A DNA stretch of 63,766 nucleotides, counting the filler. It is 4 parts of 4 records of this genome, joined end to end, with 100 filler letters (N's around TTAATTAATTAA, not from the genome) between each part and the next. Parts side by side here need not be neighbours in the genome. Positions count along the whole stretch, not along the records: positions 1 to 24,084 come from DRR723986_6600; 3 more parts are not named here. The stretch is one strand, 5' to 3'. Below are positions 9,994 to 20,342 of this stretch, piece by piece (the first letter of the stretch is position 1; each line of letters starts with the position of its first letter). A program made the translations under genes and the position numbers. The notes under the pieces are model-generated. The model was not told the origin of the DNA, did no database searches, and saw only the letters and a list, made by a program, of their open reading frames with translations.

Positions 9994-11846
9994 AGGGCCT
10001 CAGCTTTTTCCAATTTTTCCAAGGCTTTCATCCACAATTCTTCGGCGCGATCTTGGGCATCCATGACTTCGGAATACTTGCGCTGCCAAACGATGGCTTC
10101 GTCTTTGCGTTCTTCGTCATACAACGCAGGATCGGCCAGTTTTGTCGCCAGCTTGTCGCGCATCTCGCTGATTTTCTGCAGCCGTGCCTCGCCTTTACGC
10201 ACCTCGCCACGCAGCGCCGCGATCGCATCGCGCGAGGGGCGTTGTTTGGCCTTTGCTTTCGGCGCAGATGGTTTTGCAGCTGGCTTGTCGCGTGTCAAAA
10301 GCAGATCGCGATAGGACGGCAAGTCGCCCTCGTAAGGTTTGACCGTGCCGCCAGAAACCAACCACAGGCGATCCGCAACCAAGCTCAGCAAATGCATATC
10401 GTGGCTGACCAGAATGACAGCGCCGGTATAGGCGGTCAGCGCCTCGACGAGGGCCTCGCGACTTTCAATATCAAGGTGGTTGGTCGGCTCATCGAGGATC
10501 AGCAAGTGCGGCGCGGGCAGAGTGGCCAACAACAGCGACAGGCGGGCCTTTTGCCCACCAGACAGACGGCCAACTTCGGTATCAGCTTGATTTGCCCCCA
10601 AACCAAAGCCCGCAAGACGGGCCCGCAACTTGGATTGCCCTTCGTGGGGGCGCTCGCGCATCAGGTGCTGCAATGGCGTTTCGTCGACAAACAGCTCATC
10701 CACCTGATGCTGCGCGAAAAAGCCGATCCGCAATTTGCTGGATTGGGTCATCTTGCCAGACATCACGTCCAACCGGCCTGACAGCATTTTCGAGAGGGTT
10801 GATTTCCCCTCACCGTTCTTGCCCAACAAAGCGATCCGGTCATCTTGGTCGATGCGCAGGTTCAGCTTGCTCAGGATCGTGGTGTCATCATACCCAACAG
10901 ACGCACCTTCGGTGGCGATAATGGGCGGTGACAGTTCCTCGGGTTCGGGGAACGTGAAAACAGTCCGCGCGGCGTCCTCGGGCGCCCGGATGGTTTCCAT
11001 CTTTTCCAACATCTTAACCCGGCTTTGCGCCTGCTTGGCTTTGCTGGCCTTGGCCTTGAACCGGTCAACAAAAGCCTGCAGGTGCGAGCGACGTGCATCC
11101 TGCTTTTTCGCCTGCGCGGCCTGATTGGCCCGGTTCGCCGCACGCTGACGGGCAAACTGATCATAGTTGCCGGAATAATAGGTCAGCCCCAATTCCTCGA
11201 GATGCAGAATCCCGTTGACCGATCTGTTCAGCAATTCACGGTCGTGACTGATGATGATGACTGTATGCGGATACTTGGTCAGATAGCTTTCCAGCCACAG
11301 CGCGCCTTCGAGATCCAGATAGTTGGTCGGTTCGTCAAGCAGCAGCAAATCGGGCTGCGCAAACAGCACTGCCGCCAAAGCCACACGCATGCGCCAACCG
11401 CCCGAGAAATCCGAACAGGGGCGTTGCTGGGCTTCAAAATCAAATCCCAACCCTTTGAGAATCGCAGCGGCGCGCCCCTCGGCAGACCAGGCATTGATAT
11501 CTGTCAGGCGGGTCTGAATTTCTGCGATCCGATTGGCGTCCTGCGCGGTTTCAGATTCGGCCAACAAATCTGCCCGCTCGGTATCAGCGGCCAGAACCGT
11601 GTTGATCAACGACACCTCGGACGAGGGCGCTTCTTGCGCGATCCCACCGATTTTGGCGCGATTGGGCAAAGAAATATCACCGGATTCCAACGACAACTCA
11701 TTCCGGATCAACCGGAACAGCGTGGTCTTGCCGGTGCCGTTACGCCCCACCAATCCGACCTTATGGCCTGTGGGGATCGTGGCACTTGCACCATCGAACA
11801 AAAGACGGCCTTCGACCGCATACGAGATATCTTGGATCTGTAACAT
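9990..11846 (-). CDS. ABC-F family ATP-binding protein
   Basis: Two NBDs (GRNGTGKT / GKNGEGKS, FSGGWRMR / LSGGQKAR, LDEPTN twice), no TMs, C-terminal coiled coil. Confidence 0.93.
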   Translation of the reverse strand: MLQIQDISYAVEGRLLFDGASATIPTGHKVGLVGRNGTGKTTLFRLIRNELSLESGDISLPNRAKIGGIAQEAPSSEVSLINTVLAADTERADLLAESETAQDANRIAEIQTRLTDINAWSAEGRAAAILKGLGFDFEAQQRPCSDFSGGWRMRVALAAVLFAQPDLLLLDEPTNYLDLEGALWLESYLTKYPHTVIIISHDRELLNRSVNGILHLEELGLTYYSGNYDQFARQRAANRANQAAQAKKQDARRSHLQAFVDRFKAKASKAKQAQSRVKMLEKMETIRAPEDAARTVFTFPEPEELSPPIIATEGASVGYDDTTILSKLNLRIDQDDRIALLGKNGEGKSTLSKMLSGRLDVMSGKMTQSSKLRIGFFAQHQVDELFVDETPLQHLMRERPHEGQSKLRARLAGFGLGANQADTEVGRLSGGQKARLSLLLATLPAPHLLILDEPTNHLDIESREALVEALTAYTGAVILVSHDMHLLSLVADRLWLVSGGTVKPYEGDLPSYRDLLLTRDKPAAKPSAPKAKAKQRPSRDAIAALRGEVRKGEARLQKISEMRDKLATKLADPALYDEERKDEAIVWQRKYSEVMDAQDRAEELWMKALEKLEKAEAL

Positions 11847-11949
11847 GGGGTGCTCTTAGCAGAGCCTTTGCGCCACCACCAGCGGCTAAGGATGGTCAAA
11901 GTAATTGCCGCGTGATACCGCAAGCAGGGTTCGATTTCGAAAGCATCCC

Positions 11950-13152
11950 ATGCGCCCCGCCAGCACGCCCCCTCATATCGTGACCTTGATCCTCAGCACG
12001 GCCCTGTCTGTGCTGTCGCTGAACATGTTTCTGCCCTCGCTGGCGAATATGGCTGTGGATTTTGAGACCGACTATGCCGTGGTGAACCTGTCGATTGCGG
12101 GGTACATCGCCAGTTCCGGCGTATTGCAGATCATTATGGGGCCGTTGTCAGACCGATATGGTCGGCGGCCCATCTTGCTTGCATCGCTCGGGATCTTTGT
12201 TGTGGCCTCGATCGGCTGTGCCTTGGCGCAATCGATCTGGGTGTTTCTTGGGTTTCGTCTGTTGCAAGGGGCCGTTGTGGCGGGGCAGGTGTTGTCGCGC
12301 GCCGTGATCCGGGACATGCATTCCACGAATGAGGCGGCCAGCAAGCTGGGCTATGTGTCGATGGCGATGGCCCTTGCCCCGATGTTGGGGCCTATGCTGG
12401 GCGGGGCGCTTGAAATGCTCTTTGGGTGGCGGGCTAGCTTTGTGCTTTATACTGCGCTGGGATCAGGCGTCTTAATCCTGCTTTGGGTTGATCTGGGGGA
12501 AACCAACACATCCCCTTCGGAAACGATGGGGCAGCAATTCCGCACCTATCCCGAGCTGTTCGCCTCTCGCCGCTTTTGGGGATACAGCCTGTGTGCTGCG
12601 TTTTCGGTCGGGGGGTTTTACGCCTTTATCACCGGGGCCCCGCTGGTTGCTGCCGCTTGGTTTGATCTGAACCCGTCCCAACTGGGCTTGGGGATTGGCA
12701 TTATCACAATGGGCTTTATGGCCGGGAACTTTGTCACCGGCTTAATCGCGGCCCGCACAAAACTGATCAGCATGGTGCTGGTCGGGCGTGTGGTGGCAAC
12801 CGTTGGTCCGCTGGGCGGTCTGATATTGTTCGCAATTGGGCTGGGGAACGTCTGGATCTTTTTCATCGCTGCGATTTTTATAGGGTTCGGTAATGGCCTG
12901 ACGCTGGCCAATGCCACAGCCGGGGTCATGTCGGTGCGTCCCCATTTGGCAGGCAGCGCCTCTGGCTTGTCTGGTGCAATGACCTCTGGGCTCGGCGCGC
13001 TTCTGACCACCGTCAATGGGGCTTTGGTCAGCCCTGAAAATGCGCCCTATGTGGTGCTTGCCCTGATGACAGGGGCCAGCTTTCTGGGCTTGGTTGCTGC
13101 GTTATATGTGGCTTGGGTGGATAAGATGGACCCTTTGGCCGACGCAGTTTAA
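11950..13152 (+). CDS. Bcr/CflA (DHA1) MFS drug-efflux transporter
   Basis: LNMFLPSL, GPLSDRYGRRP MFS motif A, about 12 TMs; ATG 11950 preferred. Confidence 0.9.
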   Translation: MRPASTPPHIVTLILSTALSVLSLNMFLPSLANMAVDFETDYAVVNLSIAGYIASSGVLQIIMGPLSDRYGRRPILLASLGIFVVASIGCALAQSIWVFLGFRLLQGAVVAGQVLSRAVIRDMHSTNEAASKLGYVSMAMALAPMLGPMLGGALEMLFGWRASFVLYTALGSGVLILLWVDLGETNTSPSETMGQQFRTYPELFASRRFWGYSLCAAFSVGGFYAFITGAPLVAAAWFDLNPSQLGLGIGIITMGFMAGNFVTGLIAARTKLISMVLVGRVVATVGPLGGLILFAIGLGNVWIFFIAAIFIGFGNGLTLANATAGVMSVRPHLAGSASGLSGAMTSGLGALLTTVNGALVSPENAPYVVLALMTGASFLGLVAALYVAWVDKMDPLADAV

Positions 13153-13292
13153 GCGGTCAGATCTAGGTTTTCGCGCCAGTGGTGTGGATAGATCCATCAT
13201 AACACTTTTCATGTAAGCGATACCGTGTTACGGCGGCGCCCGATATACATCGGCACGAGAGGGCTCGTGCTGTCTGATTAAGGAGAGGCCTG

Positions 13293-13715
13293 ATGGCTCT
13301 GGAACGCACTTTTTCGATCATCAAACCCGATGCAACCCGCCGCAACCTGACCGGCGCAATCAACGCCAAGTTCGAAGAAGCGGGCCTGCGCGTTGTTGCA
13401 CAGAAACGCATCCACCTGACTCCTGCTCAGGCTGGTGAGTTCTACAAAGTGCACGCCGAGCGTCCTTTCTACGGCGAACTGTGTGAATTCATGGCGTCTG
13501 CTCCCATCGTTGCTCAGGTTCTCGAAGGCGAAGGCGCCATCGCGAAAAACCGCGAAGTCATGGGCGCAACCAACCCAAGCGACGCAGCCGCCGGTACCAT
13601 CCGCGCTGAATTCGCTGAATCTGTTGGTGAAAACTCGGTTCACGGCTCCGACGCTCCTGAGACCGCAGCAGTAGAAATCGCGTATTTCTTCTCGGGTCTT
13701 GAGCTGGTTGGCTAA
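13293..13715 (+). CDS. ndk: Nucleoside-diphosphate kinase
   Basis: [23 protein letters not shown] active-site motif. Confidence 0.98.
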   Translation: MALERTFSIIKPDATRRNLTGAINAKFEEAGLRVVAQKRIHLTPAQAGEFYKVHAERPFYGELCEFMASAPIVAQVLEGEGAIAKNREVMGATNPSDAAAGTIRAEFAESVGENSVHGSDAPETAAVEIAYFFSGLELVG

Positions 13716-14044
13716 ACCCGCTTTTCGATCACACCGATCGCGTCAAGGGCCGCTTCGAATTCGGAGCGGCCTTTGTCGTATGAAGACGCCACAATCGCGT
13801 CGAACCGTCTGCGTAGGGCCTTCTTTTCGTCGCCCTTGCAATCGTTCCATGGCCGTCCCTGCAATGCCATGACCAGCACGTAATACCCGATAAAGTGGGG
13901 TTTGCTGCCGTGCTGCAGCAACTGGGCATAGGCCGGGTCAGCCCCCAGCTCTCTCAGCTCTTGTGCGGAATGGATCCCTGCGCGTGCGCAGCTTTCCTCG
14001 TATGCGGGGCCAAGATTTCGGATCGAGGATACAGGATCAGTCAT
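13712..14044 (-). CDS. TfoX/Sxy C-terminal-domain family protein
   Basis: IRNLGP..E..RAGI.S..ELRELGA pattern, ALQGRPWN; convergent overlap with the ndk stop. Confidence 0.8.
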   Translation of the reverse strand: MTDPVSSIRNLGPAYEESCARAGIHSAQELRELGADPAYAQLLQHGSKPHFIGYYVLVMALQGRPWNDCKGDEKKALRRRFDAIVASSYDKGRSEFEAALDAIGVIEKRV

Positions 14045-14156
14045 AGGGAATCTCTAACCTGTGATCCTAGGGGTGTCGACCAGTCTGCGACATTCCAGAC
14101 CTTGCGGTCGGTTAATGCCCTGCCTAAGCATTTGTGTCAGGATAGGGAGAGAGCAC

Positions 14157-15380
14157 ATGACGCACACTGTAACACGCGACGCGATCGCGCGTTTTGATTT
14201 GGCGAATCCGCCCGCAGGGTTCATCGACGATCCGTTTCCATTTTATGACGCCTTGCTGGCCCATGCCCCGGTGTTGCCACAACCCGATGGCTCTGTCCTG
14301 CTTAGCCGTCACGCAGACCTGGATCGGATTTATCGTGACACAACTCTATATTCGTCGGATAAAAAGGTAGCGTTCGGCCCAAAGTTTGGGGTCGGTTCCC
14401 CTTTGTTCGAACATCACACAACGTCCTTGGTCTTCTCGGATCCGCCGCTGCACACCCGTGTGCGCAAAATCATGACCTCGGCGCTGACGCCACGAGCCAT
14501 CGCGCGGATGGAACCGGGACTGGTGCAGACGGTGGACTATTTGTTAGATGCAATGGCCGATAAGGGGCAGGTGGACCTGATCGAAGATTTCGCATCTACC
14601 ATCCCAATTCAGATCATCGGCAACTTGTTAGACGTCCCGATGGACGAACGCGGTCCGCTGCGGGATTGGTCATTGTCTATCCTAGGAGCCCTCGAACCCA
14701 CTCTGACCCCGGCGCAATTGGCCGAAGGTCAAGATGCGGTAACGCAGTTCAAAACCTATCTCGAGGATCTCGTGCGCCGCCGTCGTGCAACGCCGGGGGA
14801 CATCGAAACCGATGTTTTGACACGCCTGATCCAAGGCGACGGGGCCGATGGACAACTCTCGGAAATCGAACTGCTTCAGAACTGCATTTTCATCTTGAAT
14901 GCAGGGCATGAAACGACGACGAACCTGATTGGGAACAGCCTTGCCTTGCTCAACGATCATAGCGATCAAAAGCAACGCCTTTTGGATCAACCTGACCTGA
15001 TAAACCCCTGTATCGAAGAAGTATTGCGGTTTCGCTCTCCCAACCAAATGGGCAACCGGGAAACCACTGCAGAGATCGAGATTGATGGCCTGACGATCCC
15101 GACGGGAACCAATTTGCACCTGTGTATGGGCGCGGCCAATCGCGATCCGGCGGTGTTTGACCACCCGACACAGTTCGACATTTCACGCAAACCCAATCGC
15201 CATCTGGCCTTTGCCGGGGGGCCACATGTGTGCGTGGGTCTGACGCTGGCCCGGCTTGAGGGGCGCATCGCGCTGTCCCGATTTTTGGCGCGTTTCCCGG
15301 GTTACCGTATTCTGGATGGGCGGCAGCCCGGCGGACGCATCCGGTTTCGCGGTTACGCCACCCTACCGGCGACCCTGTAA
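14157..15380 (+). CDS. Cytochrome P450
   Basis: DPPLHTRVR, AGHETT I-helix, EEVLR (ExxR), FAGGPHVCVG heme Cys; ATG 14157 after GGGAGAG. Confidence 0.95.
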   Translation: MTHTVTRDAIARFDLANPPAGFIDDPFPFYDALLAHAPVLPQPDGSVLLSRHADLDRIYRDTTLYSSDKKVAFGPKFGVGSPLFEHHTTSLVFSDPPLHTRVRKIMTSALTPRAIARMEPGLVQTVDYLLDAMADKGQVDLIEDFASTIPIQIIGNLLDVPMDERGPLRDWSLSILGALEPTLTPAQLAEGQDAVTQFKTYLEDLVRRRRATPGDIETDVLTRLIQGDGADGQLSEIELLQNCIFILNAGHETTTNLIGNSLALLNDHSDQKQRLLDQPDLINPCIEEVLRFRSPNQMGNRETTAEIEIDGLTIPTGTNLHLCMGAANRDPAVFDHPTQFDISRKPNRHLAFAGGPHVCVGLTLARLEGRIALSRFLARFPGYRILDGRQPGGRIRFRGYATLPATL

Positions 15381-15390
15381 CGCACATAGA

Positions 15391-15426
15391 TTGGGCAAAG
15401 GCAGGGTGAACTGTCCCTTGCCCAAA
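15391..15426 (+). terminator. Stem-loop after P450 (possible terminator)
   Basis: TTGGGCAA...TTGCCCAA arms with inner GGCAG/CTGTC pairing; no strong U-tract. Confidence 0.4.
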
Positions 15427-15552
15427 TCATCTGACATTCAACCCAGCGTTTACCTTGAGACCCGACGACGACGGCGTCATGATGGCAATTCATCACCGCC
15501 ACATATTTTTTTGGCTTTGCAAAAATTTTTTAGGAAAGTTTGAAACGCTGTT

Positions 15553-17079
15553 ATGACCATTCCTTCTGAACATCTGATTGTTTTTCCAGGTGAGATGGAC
15601 GCAACCCAATTAGAAGGTAAAATTGGAAAGCTGCGCGTGCGGGTCGATCCTCCGCTTGCGCCGGTTTCATTTCAACTGTGGGATTGTTTTGATCGACCCC
15701 TCCTTCGGGCAGGAAAATCCTTGCTCGAATTTGAAGATCGGTTTTTGTTGATATCGGCATCTGGCCGCTGTGTCTCGCAATCCGCCCAGCGATCCGGGAA
15801 CTTTGTTTCAGATTTGGAAAACGGCGTGGTTAAACAGGGCCTTAGTAAGGTTTCACCTCTGCGGGCTTTGCTGGAAACCTGTTCTGGCCAGCTCGAGTCG
15901 CGTCATGTGGCGGTATTGGACACTTTGCAAAAAACGCAGGCACGCGCCGCTGTTCACACGCTTCGCACCCAAGATGGCGCTGTAACGCTGGTGTCGATGC
16001 AGCGGTTGCGGGGCTATGACAAAGCCTTTGCCGCGCTAGAGGGGGCCATAAAAAGCCTCGTCACAATCAACGTTCAGCTTCCGGAAACCTTCCAGTCGCT
16101 TGGGCCAGATCGGCCGCTGTACACGACAAAGCCGCGTTTCGGGTTTGATGCAAATACACCCATCGCTGATGCCGTCACCGTAATCACCCGGGGCCTGCTG
16201 GAAATCGCGCGGGCCAACGAAGCTGGTATCATCGCCGACCACGACTGTGAGTTTTTGCATGACTACCGTGTTGCCCTGCGCAAGATCAGATCGCTGTTGG
16301 GGGCCTGCAAGGGGGTATACTCCAACGCTCAAACGGCGGCGCTGACCCAGCAGTTCGACGATCTGATGGCCCCAACGGGCCGTTTGCGCGATCTCGATGT
16401 GCATGAGCGTGATCTGGCAGGGTATTTCGATGTAGTGCCAGAAAACCTGCATCCCGGTTTGCACATCATGGTCCGGGCGTTTCGCAAACAACGCGCGACT
16501 GAGCACCGTAAATTCGCCAAATCCCTGTCCAGCCGACCCTATCAGAAAACGATGCGCGCCTTGGCTGCGCAGTTGTCTGAGGATGGCTGGATTGAACGAG
16601 GGCCAAAAGCAGATCAGACGGGCGCGCAATTCGCCCGTAAACTCATCTGGAAACGCTACAAAAAGCTATACCACGCGGTACAAGGGATCGATGCCGGTGT
16701 CTCGGACACGCAGCTCCACGAGGTGCGCGTTCTTTGTAAACGGCTGCGCTATGTGCTTGATCTGTTTGCCTCGCTGTTTCCGCCTAAACAGCTAAAACCT
16801 TTGATGAAATCACTCAAAAACACGCAAGAAGATCTGGGCGCGTTCAACGATTGTGTGGTGCAACGAGACGCCCTGCAGAGGTTTCTGGATACACACCTTG
16901 CCAAGAACACCGCAGACGGTCACGAGATTGCGCTGTCCGTGGGCGGCGTCGTGACCGTTTTGACCCATCGCCAACACATTGCGCGGGCCAAATCGATTGC
17001 TCATCTCAGCCGCCTTGCCAGCCCCGACTATCAAAAGACCCTTCGCCAACTGTTGACGACACAGGAGACCAAAGAATGA
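15553..17079 (+). CDS. CHAD-domain protein (polyphosphate-binding) with an N-terminal degenerate CYTH-like region
   Basis: Duplicated CHAD motifs EFLHDYRVALRKIRS..RDLDV and QLHEVRVLCKRLRY..QEDLGAFND; N-terminal WDCFDRPLLRAG resembles the YxDT.D..L..AG strand of CYTH-like domains. Confidence 0.88.
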   Translation: MTIPSEHLIVFPGEMDATQLEGKIGKLRVRVDPPLAPVSFQLWDCFDRPLLRAGKSLLEFEDRFLLISASGRCVSQSAQRSGNFVSDLENGVVKQGLSKVSPLRALLETCSGQLESRHVAVLDTLQKTQARAAVHTLRTQDGAVTLVSMQRLRGYDKAFAALEGAIKSLVTINVQLPETFQSLGPDRPLYTTKPRFGFDANTPIADAVTVITRGLLEIARANEAGIIADHDCEFLHDYRVALRKIRSLLGACKGVYSNAQTAALTQQFDDLMAPTGRLRDLDVHERDLAGYFDVVPENLHPGLHIMVRAFRKQRATEHRKFAKSLSSRPYQKTMRALAAQLSEDGWIERGPKADQTGAQFARKLIWKRYKKLYHAVQGIDAGVSDTQLHEVRVLCKRLRYVLDLFASLFPPKQLKPLMKSLKNTQEDLGAFNDCVVQRDALQRFLDTHLAKNTADGHEIALSVGGVVTVLTHRQHIARAKSIAHLSRLASPDYQKTLRQLLTTQETKE

Positions 17080-17828
17080 AAGTGATTGCCTGTTACAGCA
17101 ACAAAGGCGGCGTCGGGAAAACGGCTGCTTCGGTGAATCTGGCCTATGCCTATGCGCAATCTGGCGCGCGGGTTCTGTTGTGTGATCTAGACCCGCAGGG
17201 CGCGTCGAGTTTCTATTTGCGGGTGAAACCGTCGAAGAAGCTGACCGAAACACGCTTTTTCGAAGATGTGGAACGGTTTACCAAAGCCATCCGGGCCAGC
17301 GATTTTGACAACCTCGATATCTTGCCGGCCAATATGACATTTCGGGATTTTGACGTCTTCTTATCCCGAATGCGCAACAGCCGGTCGCGGTTGAAAAAGG
17401 CACTGCGCGCGGTGGATGGCGATTACGATGTGGTCCTGCTCGACTGCCCACCAAACATTTCCACCCTGTCAGAAAGCGTTTTCCGCGCCGCCGACACTGT
17501 TGTGGTTCCGGTGATCCCAACGACCCTGTCCGAACGCACGCTCGAACAACTGGTGGCCTTCTTTGACGAAAACAAACTGAACAAACGCAAGCTGGTGGCG
17601 TTCTTTTCCATGGTTCAGGGGCAAAAATCCCTGCATGTCGGCACGATGGAGCGGCTCCGCAAGGACTATAAAAAGATGTTCTTGAAAACCGTCATGCCCT
17701 TTTCAACAGATGTCGAACGCATGGGAATACACCGGGCGCCCGTGCGGACCTATGCCCCCAAACGCCCCGCGGGAAAGGCGTTCCATTCCCTTTGGCAAGA
17801 GCTGGAGGCGCGCAGCAAAAAGAGGTGA
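17076..17828 (+). CDS. Orphan ParA/Soj-family ATPase
   Basis: Deviant Walker A NKGGVGKT, CDLDPQG, LLDCPP; ATG 17076 overlaps the CHAD stop (ATGA); no parB in the window. Confidence 0.9.
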   Translation: MKVIACYSNKGGVGKTAASVNLAYAYAQSGARVLLCDLDPQGASSFYLRVKPSKKLTETRFFEDVERFTKAIRASDFDNLDILPANMTFRDFDVFLSRMRNSRSRLKKALRAVDGDYDVVLLDCPPNISTLSESVFRAADTVVVPVIPTTLSERTLEQLVAFFDENKLNKRKLVAFFSMVQGQKSLHVGTMERLRKDYKKMFLKTVMPFSTDVERMGIHRAPVRTYAPKRPAGKAFHSLWQELEARSKKR

Positions 17829-17831
17829 CCC

Positions 17832-18296
17832 ATGATGCAAGAGATTGAAAAGAAATTTCTGGTCCATTCCATGCCGGATCTCATGGGGGCCACCAAAACC
17901 TTGGTCCGTCAGGGCTATCTTACGGTCACGGGCGACTCGACCCAACTGCGGCTCCGTCAAAAAGGGGATCATTATTTTCTGACCCTCAAGGGCGGCGAGG
18001 GGTTGATCCGAACGGAACGTGAATGCGAAATCTCGCAAAGTCAGTTCGACACCTTTTGGCCTGAAACAGACGGTCGGCGGCTGGAAAAAGAACGCTGGAC
18101 CGGCCCCTTAAACGACGGGCATATCTTTGAGCTGGATATCTTTCTCGGCTCACTCGCGCCCCTGAAACTGGTAGAGGTCGAATTCGAAACCGAGCAGCTG
18201 GCACATGCCTTTGATCCACCGGATTGGTTCGGGGCAGATGTGACCTATGATCCGCGTTATAAAAACAGCCAGCTCGCGACCCAAAGCCGCGAATGA
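17832..18296 (+). CDS. CYTH / triphosphate-tunnel metalloenzyme
   Basis: EIEKKF (ExExK), QGYL, LRLR, LTLKG, EKER, FELDIF, VEVEF, RYKN motifs. Confidence 0.92.
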   Translation: MMQEIEKKFLVHSMPDLMGATKTLVRQGYLTVTGDSTQLRLRQKGDHYFLTLKGGEGLIRTERECEISQSQFDTFWPETDGRRLEKERWTGPLNDGHIFELDIFLGSLAPLKLVEVEFETEQLAHAFDPPDWFGADVTYDPRYKNSQLATQSRE

Positions 18297-18339
18297 AAAA
18301 ACGGCAACCAAAGCCGCCGTTTCCCATGTTCAGAACCAA

Positions 18340-18681
18340 TTAACCCTTAGCGGTAAAGGTGTCATAGGCCTTTAGCGCCTTGGCGCTATACGCCATCGAC
18401 GGGCCACCCCCCATATAGGTCGCCATGGCCAGCGCCTCGCATAGCTCTTCGCGGGTCAGGCCAAGCCGCACCAAAGACCGCACATGAAACCCGATACAGC
18501 TGTCACATCGGGTGGCAATGGCGATGCCAAGGGCCATGATTTCCTTTGTTTTTTCATCCAAAGCACCGCTTTTCTTTGCTGCGGTGCCCATGACGCCAAA
18601 CCCCTTCATCGTATCCGGGACTTCTTTGGCGTAGGCGCCGATATCGGATTCGATATCGGCCATGAATGCGTTCCAATCCAT
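18340..18681 (-). CDS. Carboxymuconolactone decarboxylase / AhpD-like protein
   Basis: ALDEKTKEIMALGIAIATRCDSCIGFH (CxxC..H), YMGGGPS. Confidence 0.9.
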   Translation of the reverse strand: MDWNAFMADIESDIGAYAKEVPDTMKGFGVMGTAAKKSGALDEKTKEIMALGIAIATRCDSCIGFHVRSLVRLGLTREELCEALAMATYMGGGPSMAYSAKALKAYDTFTAKG

Positions 18682-18694
18682 TTGGGTGGTCTCC

Positions 18695-19456
18695 TTAACT
18701 GCGTTCGTCTGATCCCATGCGCCGCTCTAGCCAACGCACGCCTGCGCTGATGATCAGAACCAGCACCAGATATTCAAGGATCAACAGGGAATAGATTTCG
18801 AGAGGGCGATATTCGCTCACCACCAACTCATTCGCGCGCCGGGTCAATTCTTGCATCCCGATGACCGAGGCAAAGGCGCTCATCTTGACGATATAGATGA
18901 ACTGGTTTGCCAAGGGCGGCAGAATGCGACGGATCGCTTGCGGCAGGATCACATAGCGCATGGTTTGCAGATAATTGAGGCCAATGGTCTGCGCCGCTTC
19001 GCTTTGGCCTTTGGCGATGGACTGAATGCCCGCACGATAGATTTCTGCGGTAAAGGCGCTGTCGGACAAGGCCAACGTTATGATTGCGCCCCAAAACGGG
19101 TCAATCGGAACGTTCATGCCCATGGATTTGAAAATGATCGGCAGCCCATAAAAAACCCAGAACAGCATAGGAAGCAGCGGGATCGAACGCACGAGCTCAA
19201 CGTAAACCCGGTTGATCATCCGGATGCCCCAGCGATCAGACAGGCCGGGCAATGCGACCAGCAATCCAACGAAAATAGAAATCACAGCGGCGATGACGGA
19301 AATCAGGATGGTGTCGCCCATGCCCGAAATCAGGAATTTGATGTTGATCCAGCCCGTTTCTGTACGGGGATCAATAACATACCAGCCCCAGATCGTGGAA
19401 CTGGAACATCCCGACAGCACCAAAAAGGGCAGGGAGAGTGCGAGTATTTTTTTCAT
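18695..19456 (-). CDS. Polar amino-acid ABC transporter permease
   Basis: YVELVRSIPLL, AEIYRAGIQSI.KGQ.EAA loop, ILPQA. Confidence 0.92.
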   Translation of the reverse strand: MKKILALSLPFLVLSGCSSSTIWGWYVIDPRTETGWINIKFLISGMGDTILISVIAAVISIFVGLLVALPGLSDRWGIRMINRVYVELVRSIPLLPMLFWVFYGLPIIFKSMGMNVPIDPFWGAIITLALSDSAFTAEIYRAGIQSIAKGQSEAAQTIGLNYLQTMRYVILPQAIRRILPPLANQFIYIVKMSAFASVIGMQELTRRANELVVSEYRPLEIYSLLILEYLVLVLIISAGVRWLERRMGSDERS

Positions 19457-19474
19457 ATGACTGTCGCCCTGTCC

Positions 19475-20215
19475 TTAGTGTTGCAAGATTTGGCTGAGGA
19501 ATTTTTGGCAACGCGGCGATCGCGGTGCGCCAAAGAATTCTTCGGGGGGGCCATGTTCGACCACTTCGCCGGCATCCATGAAAATCATGTTATCTGCGAC
19601 TTTGCGGGCGAATCCCATTTCATGCGTGACCACAACCATGGTCATGCCTTCGTCAGCCAAATCGGTCATGACATCCAAAACCTCAGAAATCATCTCGGGG
19701 TCTAGGGCCGAGGTCGGTTCGTCAAACAGCAAAACTTTGGGCTCCATGCACAAAGATCGGGCAATGGCGACGCGCTGTTGTTGTCCGCCTGATAATTGTC
19801 CGGGGCGTTTTTTAGCCTGATCAGGGATGTGCACCCGTTCCAGATATTGCATGGCTTTGTCTTCGGCGTCCTTTTTGGACATGCCGCGTGCCTTGATCGG
19901 ACCAAGCGTCAGGTTTTCCAGCACAGACAGGTGCGGAAACAGATTGAATTGTTGAAATACCATACCGACTTCGGATCTGATTTGCGCAACAGACGCTGGG
20001 TCATTGGTCAATTCGATCCCATCCACCCGGATGGTCCCTTTTTGATGTTCTTCCAATCGGTTGATACATCGCACGACAGTCGATTTTCCCGACCCCGAAG
20101 GGCCACAGATCACAACTTTTTGACCGGTTTTGACTGTAAGATGGATATCTTTCAGGACATGAAAGTCGCCATACCATTTGTTGACTCCGACGAGCTCAAT
20201 CGCGGTCTCAGTCAT
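19475..20215 (-). CDS. Polar amino-acid ABC transporter ATP-binding protein (GlnQ type)
   Basis: [44 protein letters not shown]. Confidence 0.95.
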   Translation of the reverse strand: MTETAIELVGVNKWYGDFHVLKDIHLTVKTGQKVVICGPSGSGKSTVVRCINRLEEHQKGTIRVDGIELTNDPASVAQIRSEVGMVFQQFNLFPHLSVLENLTLGPIKARGMSKKDAEDKAMQYLERVHIPDQAKKRPGQLSGGQQQRVAIARSLCMEPKVLLFDEPTSALDPEMISEVLDVMTDLADEGMTMVVVTHEMGFARKVADNMIFMDAGEVVEHGPPEEFFGAPRSPRCQKFLSQILQH

Positions 20216-20342
20216 GAGGAACTCCCTTGGGTTTTTTCCTGGGGGGAAATTTTTTTCTTGAGAGTATGGTGCATCTTTGCCTTAAATCAAGCAACAATCT
20301 GGTTATGATGACCACAATAAAAGCCACCAACGGGAGAAGAGA

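Noticed and set aside
15474-15504. Possible Pho box upstream of the CHAD operon
   Set aside because: TCAT/ACAT words are present but match CTGTCAT-N4-CTGTCAY poorly; needs a PWM scan.
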